This document shows, one piece after another, positions 1 through 5,957 of a stretch of 14,652 nucleotides of DNA. The notes below the pieces were generated by a model, which was given only the letters and a program-made list of their open reading frames with translations, made no database searches and was not told the DNA's origin. The position numbers and the translations under genes were made by a program. The first letter of the stretch is position 1. Each line of letters opens with the position of its first letter. The DNA is from Candidatus Tremblayella phenacoccinincola (lineage in GTDB: Bacteria > Pseudomonadota > Gammaproteobacteria > Burkholderiales > Burkholderiaceae), in contig NZ_MKGN01000002.1 of assembly GCF_002682985.1 (NCBI RefSeq), forward strand, positions 1 to 14,652, read 5' to 3'.

Positions 1-232
1 TGGAAAGCCTAGGATATGTGCTATGTTCATAGGTTCTATAGGAAGCTCTTTTGCTATGGTTCATCTAAGACTGGGTAGCGGGTGTTAGTAGTTATTATTT
101 ATTAAGCCTACCGATGTAAAAGGTTAGCCAAGTATGTAGGTTAGGTCTCATTATTGAGAAGCGGTTGTTAGGTGTGTATGCATGTTCGAAGTGAAGCTAA
201 CAAAGAAGACTGGAGCTACATCATAATACATA

Positions 233-250
233 CCACTAACCTAACAGATG
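233..250. repeat. Left copy of a perfect 18-nt inverted repeat (CCACTAACCTAACAGATG)
   Basis: Read directly. Its reverse complement CATCTGTTAGGTTAGTGG is identical to 688-705. It covers the last codons and the TAG stop of rpmH plus 8 nt downstream. Confidence 0.9.
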
Positions 251-381
251 CAGCTAACATTGGTTCTCCCTTTTAGCCTTCTTGCGTTGATAGTATTACG
301 TCCGTTCTTAGTCTTCATTCGAATACGAAACCCATGCTTTCTTTTGCGTCTGGCTTTTGAAGGTTGATAAGTTCTCTTCAT
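241..381 (-). CDS. rpmH: 50S ribosomal protein L34
   Basis: Not in the ORF track (46 codons). Minus-strand ATG at 381-379 and TAG at 243-241. Translation [46 protein letters not shown] fits the L34 pattern (MKRT[FY]QPS...R.HGFR.RM.T..GR......RR.KGR). AGGA (390-387) lies 5 nt upstream of the ATG. Confidence 0.9.
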   Translation of the reverse strand: MKRTYQPSKARRKRKHGFRIRMKTKNGRNTINARRLKGRTNVSCIC

Positions 382-481
382 ACATGTCCTGAAGGGGTTG
401 ATTAACTATAAGCTATGCAGTTGGTACGTTAATGAAGCAATGACTCAAGAGATAACCAATGAGAACCAGCAGAATAGCTAT

Positions 482-1603
482 CTAAACCTTAGACATCACT
501 ATTACATGCCTATAAGTAGTATGTTGAACCAACATAATGCTTTTACTGTTGCCTTCAACTAATAGCTTTACCAACAGAAAGTCTATGTTGGTAAGTAATT
601 CTATGAAGTAGCTGATGTTAATACTAACTTCTGAGCTGTGCAGGTGTTTGTTGTAGCTTCGGATAGGGACTACTTCTTCTAGCTTTTCATCTGTTAGGTT
701 AGTGGCTCTTATTGCTAAACGACCAGCTTTGAGACTGAGGTTAACAATCTTAAGATCATCTGTTATAAGTACTACGAGTCGGTTTAATGCTGTTACTAAA
801 AGCAGCCTATCTACCTCTAAGAAGAATAGATATTCCCTCTTCAGTATGTAGTTGACGTTTGGCTGTTTGCCAACTACCTGTTTGCATATGATCTCTGAGT
901 TTGAAGCTGTGTATCTAATGTAGTTTCTGCTAATATATATCTTTGAAAGATGGTTGGTATATTCTAAATGTTTGTATAGCTCTGACAAAGAGTTTCTGGT
1001 CATTACAGCCGTTACCGAACTGTTGCTATATATTCTTAGGTTGGCACTAGCATAAGACAGTCTATGTTCGTCTAAAGTAATGCAGTTTAAGCTACCATTT
1101 CTGAAAACCACACAGATATTATTAACTTGAGAATACAGTTCGTGTTTAGCAATAGAGAATAAAGTAACTTTAAACAGCTGTTTTAGAACCTTTTGATTTA
1201 CGATAAGAACAATGCATTCTTCAGACACACCATAAACTAATGGATACTTGGATGCTCTCATTGCTTTAACATGAAAGCTAGTGCTTTCAGTAAAGATGGT
1301 TAAGTGAATCTTGTTGCAAACGAAGGCTATTGTCTCTGCTAAAGCTAGTTTTATCATATTAGTTAGGCTTTTGATGTGGACTAAGAAAGGAACTGCTAAT
1401 GAAAGACTATGGTTGTGTTTAACGCTAGATTGGGTTTGTGTTTCACCGTTACTAGAAATTAAGTAAACACGTCTTTTGTTATCTGTTATTAAAAAGCTGT
1501 TGAATATGTCTGTTTGTTTTAGGTCTGTGACTTCGCTAGTTGTCTGAATACATTTGAGAATTGAGTTTCTGTTTGTTCTGAAGAAAGGACCTATGTTTTC
1601 CAT
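482..1603 (-). CDS. dnaN: DNA polymerase III beta sliding clamp (highly diverged)
   Basis: 373-aa ORF of the right length with an ATG start. Collinear blocks match E. coli DnaN as I recall it: LDEHRLSYAS ~ TDGHRLAVCS, KQVVGKQPNVNYIL ~ KLVDGRFPDYRRVL, and C-terminal HVIVMSKV ~ YVVMPMRL. Confidence 0.8.
   Translation of the reverse strand: MENIGPFFRTNRNSILKCIQTTSEVTDLKQTDIFNSFLITDNKRRVYLISSNGETQTQSSVKHNHSLSLAVPFLVHIKSLTNMIKLALAETIAFVCNKIHLTIFTESTSFHVKAMRASKYPLVYGVSEECIVLIVNQKVLKQLFKVTLFSIAKHELYSQVNNICVVFRNGSLNCITLDEHRLSYASANLRIYSNSSVTAVMTRNSLSELYKHLEYTNHLSKIYISRNYIRYTASNSEIICKQVVGKQPNVNYILKREYLFFLEVDRLLLVTALNRLVVLITDDLKIVNLSLKAGRLAIRATNLTDEKLEEVVPIRSYNKHLHSSEVSINISYFIELLTNIDFLLVKLLVEGNSKSIMLVQHTTYRHVIVMSKV
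688..705. repeat. Right copy of the perfect 18-nt inverted repeat (CATCTGTTAGGTTAGTGG)
   Basis: Read directly. It lies inside dnaN, covering codons ~300-306 (ATNLTDE) on the minus strand. Confidence 0.9.
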
Positions 1604-1623
1604 TCTGTTTTAGGGTTTAAGGA

Positions 1624-3174
1624 ATGAGCGTTAACAATGAATATAATCTGTATATCAGTTGGCGTTTGGTGTTAACGCTTCGAACAAAAGCTAGAGAAGT
1701 GGCAGTTACAATAATAGCTATGTATTCAATATACTTAAAGAACAGGAACTCCATGAACAACTTAAATAAGTTAGGTGAAATGATGCTTTTGAAAATGCTT
1801 GAGAAAGGTTTGAGGAGTCTTTCACTATTGGCTTTTTCAAACCCCAGTTCTATACTATATGTTTTAAATACAGCAGTTAAACACTCAAAGCCAACTGAAT
1901 TGTTCTACAAGGTCAACCTTACGAATTTAAGAAAGATAGAACCAAACTTAATCTATGAAAGCTTGCCAAAGGCCAAACAAGAAACAAATGACACCCTTAA
2001 AACCAAGAGTAAGCTTAGCAATACTATAAAACAATTGTCACTGAAGCAGCTATATAATACAGGTAAGTTATATCATCATCTGAAGTTTGTTTTAAGACAT
2101 CAGGGTTTCAAGTCAAAAGCTTATTATACGTTTTTAGATAAAGCACGTATGAAGCTTCTTACTTTTAGATTTGCTCCTGAAACAACAGAATTGCTTTTCA
2201 ACCTGGTCTGCTATGAATTTAGTGTATTCTCCAACGTTGAATCTAAACTGATTGGCTCATTGAAAACAAACCCAATCAAAGACTCTTCCTATGCTGTTAC
2301 AAAGGAATCCTGCAGAATAGGAGTCAAATATATGGTGAACATAGAAGGTGAAAGCCTGCTAAAGAACCAAAGTAAAGCTGGAATGTATATAGATAAATAC
2401 ATACTGTTAAAAGCTAGAGCATACCAAACAGCCACAAGAATTAAAAGCATCAGGACCAGAATCGTTAAACTAAACTTAAGGCTAGTTAATTCAATAATTA
2501 AAAGATATGCGGCAGGAACATATCAACATGGTTTAAGTAGTTATGATTTGGCTCAGGAAGGCAACGTTGGACTAATGAAAGCAATTAGAAGCTTTGATGA
2601 CAAAAGAGGTTGCAAGTTTTCGACATACGCTACTTGGTGGATAAGACAAACTATTACCAGGTCAGCTTTAGACCAATCGAGAATGATTCGACTCCCTGAA
2701 AGCTTAATAGATATGATTAACAGAATTAACCGCTCGGTTAGAAACTATGTGAAGGTAAAAGGCTACGAACCATCCTTAGAACAGCTTACGCACGAACTGA
2801 GAACAACAAAAGAGAAACTTACCAAAGCCATTCAAACAGCAAAGGATCCAGTTTTAACAGAAGCATTAGTTACTAATGAAAGCTTTCATTTGGAAGGCTT
2901 ATCCGATAGTTCTAATGTATGTTCGCCAATGGAATTTGTTACTAGGTCAGACACATACCTTAGCATTGAAAGAGTTCTTAGTTCTTTAAGTGTTAGAGAA
3001 GCAAAGATTTTAAGGATGCGGTTTGGTATTGGAATGGACTCAGGACACACTTTAGAAGAAATAGGCAGACAGTTTGAAGTTACAAGAGAGCGAGTCAGAC
3101 AGATTGAAGCAAAGGCATTAAGAAAGCTACGACAGCCTAACAGATTTAGGAAGCTAAAGACGCTGTTGGAATAA
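1624..3174 (+). CDS. rpoD: RNA polymerase primary sigma factor (sigma-70 family). The true start is possibly the ATG at 1753
   Basis: The C-terminal ~240 aa align closely with RpoD regions 2-4: LRLVNSIIKRY, DLAQEGNVGLMKAIRSFD, KFSTYATWWIRQTITRS, REAKILRMRFGIGMDSGHTLEEIGRQFEVTRERVRQIEAKALRKLR. The N-terminal ~270 aa are poorly conserved. The ATG at 1624 lies only 20 nt from the divergent dnaN start and has no spaced SD. The ATG at 1753 has AGGA (1744-1747) 5 nt upstream. Confidence 0.9.
   Translation: MSVNNEYNLYISWRLVLTLRTKAREVAVTIIAMYSIYLKNRNSMNNLNKLGEMMLLKMLEKGLRSLSLLAFSNPSSILYVLNTAVKHSKPTELFYKVNLTNLRKIEPNLIYESLPKAKQETNDTLKTKSKLSNTIKQLSLKQLYNTGKLYHHLKFVLRHQGFKSKAYYTFLDKARMKLLTFRFAPETTELLFNLVCYEFSVFSNVESKLIGSLKTNPIKDSSYAVTKESCRIGVKYMVNIEGESLLKNQSKAGMYIDKYILLKARAYQTATRIKSIRTRIVKLNLRLVNSIIKRYAAGTYQHGLSSYDLAQEGNVGLMKAIRSFDDKRGCKFSTYATWWIRQTITRSALDQSRMIRLPESLIDMINRINRSVRNYVKVKGYEPSLEQLTHELRTTKEKLTKAIQTAKDPVLTEALVTNESFHLEGLSDSSNVCSPMEFVTRSDTYLSIERVLSSLSVREAKILRMRFGIGMDSGHTLEEIGRQFEVTRERVRQIEAKALRKLRQPNRFRKLKTLLE
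1627..1679. promoter_or_regulatory. 10-bp perfect inverted repeat AGCGTTAACA (1627-1636) / TGTTAACGCT (1670-1679) bracketing a TATAAT hexamer (1642-1647) in the dnaN/rpoD divergent region
   Basis: Read directly. It sits between the dnaN ATG (1603) and the best Shine-Dalgarno-supported rpoD ATG (1753). A regulatory function is inferred only. Confidence 0.35.
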
Positions 3175-3203
3175 GATTATTGGTATTGTTGGGTTTGGGG
3201 TTG

Positions 3204-3275
3204 GTCTTCTTCGTCTAGTGGTTAGGACATCGCTCTTTCAAGGCGGAAACAGGAGTTCAATTCTCCTAGGGGACG
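3204..3275 (+). tRNA. tRNA-Glu (anticodon UUC)
   Basis: GTCTTCTTCGTCTAGTGGTTAGGACATCGCTCTTTCAAGGCGGAAACAGGAGTTCAATTCTCCTAGGGGACG is near-collinear with E. coli tRNA-Glu. The acceptor stem is 7 bp (two G.U), the anticodon loop is CTTTCAA, and the T-arm is AGGAG/CTCCT. No encoded CCA. Confidence 0.95.
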
Positions 3276-3346
3276 GATTAGAATTACTAAGAATATATGT
3301 AGCTATGTTAGCTTTTGTTGTTAGAACCCAAAGAACTATATGTATT

Positions 3347-4738
3347 ATGAATATACTAATTAATAATATGCTTGAAAAGGCTTTTAATAATATGTTTGGC
3401 TATAAAAAGATAGTCTTAGCTTATAGCGGAGGTTTAGACTCAACAGTATTACTTGATATGTTTACTATTATGACTAGTAAAAAGAACAGCTTATTATCTA
3501 ATGAATATATATTGAATATACGAGCTATACATGTTAATCATGGGCTTAGTTGTAATTCAAAACTATGGTTCAAGCATTGTAGAGCTCAATGTTTAAAACG
3601 TAATATTCCATTTAAAAGCATATGTTTATGTTTAAATAAGTATTATAAAGGAATAGAAAATACAGCACGGGAAGAACGTTATGGAAAGCTAATTAATAGT
3701 TTATTACCAGGTGAGGTTTTAGTAGCTGCACATCATAACGATGAACAGATTGAGTCTTTTTTTATAAACTTAAAGAGAGGTAGTGGCCCATTAGGTTTAT
3801 CTTCAATGGCTAATAGTTCTTATTTCAAAAGCTCTTTTTTATTACGGTCTTTATTGCAGCTTAGTAAATATCAATTAAAAGCATATGCGAATATATTTAG
3901 CTTATCTTGGATTGAAGACGAAAGCAATAATGATGTTAAGTTTGAACGTAGTTATTTACGAATCCATATATTACCAACTTTAAAAGCTCGTTGGTTGAAG
4001 TTCAATGGTTCTGTTTCGCGAAGTATTTCAATCTTTTTTGAGCAAGACTATTTAATAAATGAGTTATTATCAAGTGCATTATTAAGATTAGTTAATTATG
4101 ATGGTTCATTAAGTTTATTACCGTTATTTAGTATGGATATTATTAAAAGATATGCTATAATAAGACGTTGGTTAATTAAATATAATTCTAAAATGCCATC
4201 TAAAAAGAAAGTGGTTTATATTTGGAAGTATATTATTAACTGTCGATATGATGCAAAACCTAGGCTTATACATGGTAATAAATTCATATGTAGATTCCAT
4301 AATAAGCTTTACTTTATAGTAAAGAATAGCTTTTCTTCTTTTGAAGTTAATATCACTTGGAACTCTTTTGAAGGACCATTGTTTTTACCTAAAGAGCTTG
4401 GTATTTTAGTTTGTTACTCCTTAAAATTAGGTATTAATTTAAATAGATCTAAAAGGCTTTCATATGCTGTTAAAAGATTGGTAGTTAGTAATATTAGTTA
4501 TATAGAGACACCTAGTTTTAATGAGAGTATGGCTATAAGATTTGGTAACTTTAACAGAAAGCTTTTAAACTATGATAGTTCATTAAAAAGCCTATGTCAG
4601 TTAGGAATTCCTTTTTGGGTTAGGAATAAGATGCCATTATTATTCTTTGAAAATGGCTATATAGCATCTATTGGGGTTTATACATTTAAAACTAATAAGA
4701 GTAATAGATGCCAGGTTTATTGGTATATAAAAAGGTAA
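3347..4738 (+). CDS. tilS: tRNA(Ile)-lysidine synthase
   Basis: PP-loop motif IVLAYSGGLDSTVLL near the N-terminus, plus length and architecture. The tracked ORF start (GTG 3218) lies inside tRNA-Glu and is an artefact. In-frame ATGs at 3347 or 3368 give an N-terminus of normal length, and the choice between them is uncertain. Confidence 0.8.
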   Translation: MNILINNMLEKAFNNMFGYKKIVLAYSGGLDSTVLLDMFTIMTSKKNSLLSNEYILNIRAIHVNHGLSCNSKLWFKHCRAQCLKRNIPFKSICLCLNKYYKGIENTAREERYGKLINSLLPGEVLVAAHHNDEQIESFFINLKRGSGPLGLSSMANSSYFKSSFLLRSLLQLSKYQLKAYANIFSLSWIEDESNNDVKFERSYLRIHILPTLKARWLKFNGSVSRSISIFFEQDYLINELLSSALLRLVNYDGSLSLLPLFSMDIIKRYAIIRRWLIKYNSKMPSKKKVVYIWKYIINCRYDAKPRLIHGNKFICRFHNKLYFIVKNSFSSFEVNITWNSFEGPLFLPKELGILVCYSLKLGINLNRSKRLSYAVKRLVVSNISYIETPSFNESMAIRFGNFNRKLLNYDSSLKSLCQLGIPFWVRNKMPLLFFENGYIASIGVYTFKTNKSNRCQVYWYIKR

Positions 4739-4809
4739 CTATCATAGCTACATAATATATTAGTTTCCAAAGGGGAGGCAGCTGCAAGAAGTTGTTCTTC
4801 GTATATATT

Positions 4810-4882
4810 AGCGGGAAACGAGGCTTGAACTCGTGTCTCAATCTTGGCAAGATTGTATTCTGTCCTACTAAACTATACCCGC
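4810..4882 (-). tRNA. tRNA-Gly (anticodon GCC)
   Basis: Minus strand reads GCGGGTATAGTTTAGTAGGACAGAATACAATCTTGCCAAGATTGAGACACGAGTTCAAGCCTCGTTTCCCGCT. Acceptor GCGGGTA/TTCCCGC (6 Watson-Crick + 1 G.U pair) closely matching E. coli tRNA-Gly(GCC) acceptor GCGGGAA/UUCCCGC, anticodon stem CAATC/GATTG with loop TTGCCAA, T-arm ACGAG/CTCGT, U73. The D-stem is weak (two G.U pairs). Confidence 0.9.
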
Positions 4883-5062
4883 ATTCTGCTAGTCTTTGCT
4901 TCTGATACTGCTTTTAGGATATCTGTCTGATTGGTTTGGGTTTACTGACCTACAGACACCATCAGCAGTCTTCAGAAGAGGGAGCCTTCCTTCAGAGGAG
5001 TATCTGAGGGGCTGAGATATTGTGAAACCTGAGGGGAGAGGGGGGGGGAATCCACCCTTCTC
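4883..5062. other. Unusually G+C-rich (88/180 = 49%), purine-rich spacer between tRNA-Tyr and tRNA-Gly; function unknown
   Basis: No ORF on either strand. It contains a G9 run (5040-5048), CTGAGGGG at both 5004-5011 and 5029-5036, CTTCAGA at both 4970-4976 and 4990-4996, and an 8-bp stem 5036-5043/5055-5062. Confidence 0.3.
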
Positions 5063-5145
5063 TGGTGGAGGAAGGATTCGAACCTTCGAAGTCTTTTGAC
5101 AACAGGTTTACAGCCTGTCCCCTTTAATCACTCGGGAACTCCACC
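5063..5145 (-). tRNA. tRNA-Tyr (anticodon GUA), class II with long variable arm
   Basis: Minus strand reads GGTGGAGTTCCCGAGTGATTAAAGGGGACAGGCTGTAAACCTGTTGTCAAAAGACTTCGAAGGTTCGAATCCTTCCTCCACCA and is collinear with E. coli tRNA-Tyr. The anticodon loop is CTGTAAA. No encoded CCA. Confidence 0.95.
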
Positions 5146-5957
5146 TAACTAAAACCATAACTGCTAAGCTTAACTAAAAATAGATATAGTAAGTTAATCA
5201 TATATAAAGAGTCATATATATTATTCTCAATAATGTTTATAACTACAGATCCAGCTATAAACCCAGATATCTTATTCTTCAAAAGGCTAACTACCTGAAT
5301 ATAACTAAAGATACCAAACCCTTGTAATATTGGCACAGAATAATAATAGCCTAAACCCTTAACAGAATTAACTAATGGTAACTTTAGATTAGCTTCAATG
5401 CCTGTAATACCAAGCTTCGATAATAAATATATGTATAAAGAGCTACATAGAACTACCTTCTTTAGTAAAGATAAAGAAGCTAAAGGAGGACATATATAGA
5501 TATAATATAATAAATATATAACAAGCTGCCTATAAACCCATCTGCTTTCTTCTAAAGGCATATCAACAATAATAATAGAGTCAGCTTTTATATAAGAACA
5601 ATAAGAGCAAAAAGTCCTTATTCCAATGTTAAATACTAAGTTACTATACATTAACAGACCTATTGGAATATATGGGAAACGATGTCTAATAACTGCTAAA
5701 GACTTAAAACAATTAAAAGGCTTAATACCAATGTTAATAACTCGAAAAGCAGCCCTTTGTATAGTTGGTCCATCTGCTAAAGGATCAGAAAAAGGAATAC
5801 CTAACTCTAAAGCAACAATACCAGATAAGATAAAGTTACTAACTACTTTTATATATCTATTTTGATTAGGTTCACCAATTACATTAAAAACAATAAAAGA
5901 GGTTTTATACCTTCTAAATAAAGAATAAAAGGCTTCTCTATAGCGGTTAAGTTTCAA
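5145..5957 (-). CDS. trpA: Tryptophan synthase alpha chain
   Basis: [19 protein letters not shown] retains catalytic Glu49 and Asp60. QGFGI and GFIAGS motifs are present. The start is TTG (5957-5955), with AAGGAG (5967-5962) 4 nt upstream inside trpB. The TAG stop is at 5147-5145. Confidence 0.9.
   Translation of the reverse strand: MKLNRYREAFYSLFRRYKTSFIVFNVIGEPNQNRYIKVVSNFILSGIVALELGIPFSDPLADGPTIQRAAFRVINIGIKPFNCFKSLAVIRHRFPYIPIGLLMYSNLVFNIGIRTFCSYCSYIKADSIIIVDMPLEESRWVYRQLVIYLLYYIYICPPLASLSLLKKVVLCSSLYIYLLSKLGITGIEANLKLPLVNSVKGLGYYYSVPILQGFGIFSYIQVVSLLKNKISGFIAGSVVINIIENNIYDSLYMINLLYLFLVKLSSYGFS

Noticed and set aside
1-64. Minus-strand ATG at 64 opening a frame that runs off the left edge (MNHSKRASYRTYEHSTYPRLS...)
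   Set aside because: Only 21 codons are visible, with no RnpA or other recognisable motif. The ATG is part of the repeated GATGAACCA word, which elsewhere in the window opens only 7-12 codon frames. It cannot be called from this window.
1-110. RNase P RNA-like words on the minus strand (GGTAGGCT ... TAGATGAA ... ACATATCCTAGGCTTTCC, compare M1 RNA GGUAGGCU...UAGAUGAA...ACAGAACCCGGCUUAUC)
   Set aside because: The order and spacing resemble the M1 3' third. The remaining ~250 nt of a type-A RNase P RNA would have to overlap the rpmH CDS, and no GAGGAAAGUCC P4 5' strand is present upstream. Similar words also matched on the opposite strand, which suggests pareidolia. It is worth a covariance-model scan only.
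136-147. TTAGG-type (insect telomere-like) words GGTTAGGT here and TTAGGTTAG at 694-702
   Set aside because: At most two units each, one of them inside a bacterial CDS. There is no tandem array, so this is a coincidental resemblance.
160-205. 5S rRNA-like stretch (GCGGTTGT...ATGCATGTTCGAAGTGAAGC, compare GCGGUGGU...AUGCCGAACUCAGAAGUGAAAC)
   Set aside because: Only a 9/10 match to the loop-B word, which is expected about once by chance in this window. The 5' and 3' helices of 5S are absent, and the 3' part would overlap rpmH.
3218-3346. N-terminal 43 codons of the tracked tilS ORF (GTG start at 3218)
   Set aside because: The GTG start and the first ~19 codons (3218-3275) lie inside tRNA-Glu (3204-3275); the remaining codons only read through the 3276-3346 spacer. 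The translated sequence shows no TilS similarity, and the PP-loop begins soon after the ATGs at 3347/3368.
4985-5000. SRP/4.5S-like GAAGGAAG word on the minus strand (compare GGAAGGAAGCAGCC of domain IV)
   Set aside because: The flanking bases cannot form the conserved helix-8 hairpin (no pairing around a GNRA loop, no AGCA symmetric-loop partner).
5007-5062. tmRNA-like 5' end on the plus strand (GGGGCTGA...GTGAAACCTGAGG, compare E. coli ssrA GGGGCUGA...GCGAAACCCAAGG)
   Set aside because: A ~350-nt tmRNA starting here would run antisense through tRNA-Tyr and into trpA. I found no matching 3' acceptor strand (..CAGCYCCA) and no tag ORF. The 8-mer plus a short similar word is compatible with chance.
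5626-5865. 79-aa plus-strand ORF
   Set aside because: It is antisense to, and wholly inside, the well-supported trpA gene, with no recognisable similarity. Such an ORF is expected by chance opposite an AT-rich CDS.
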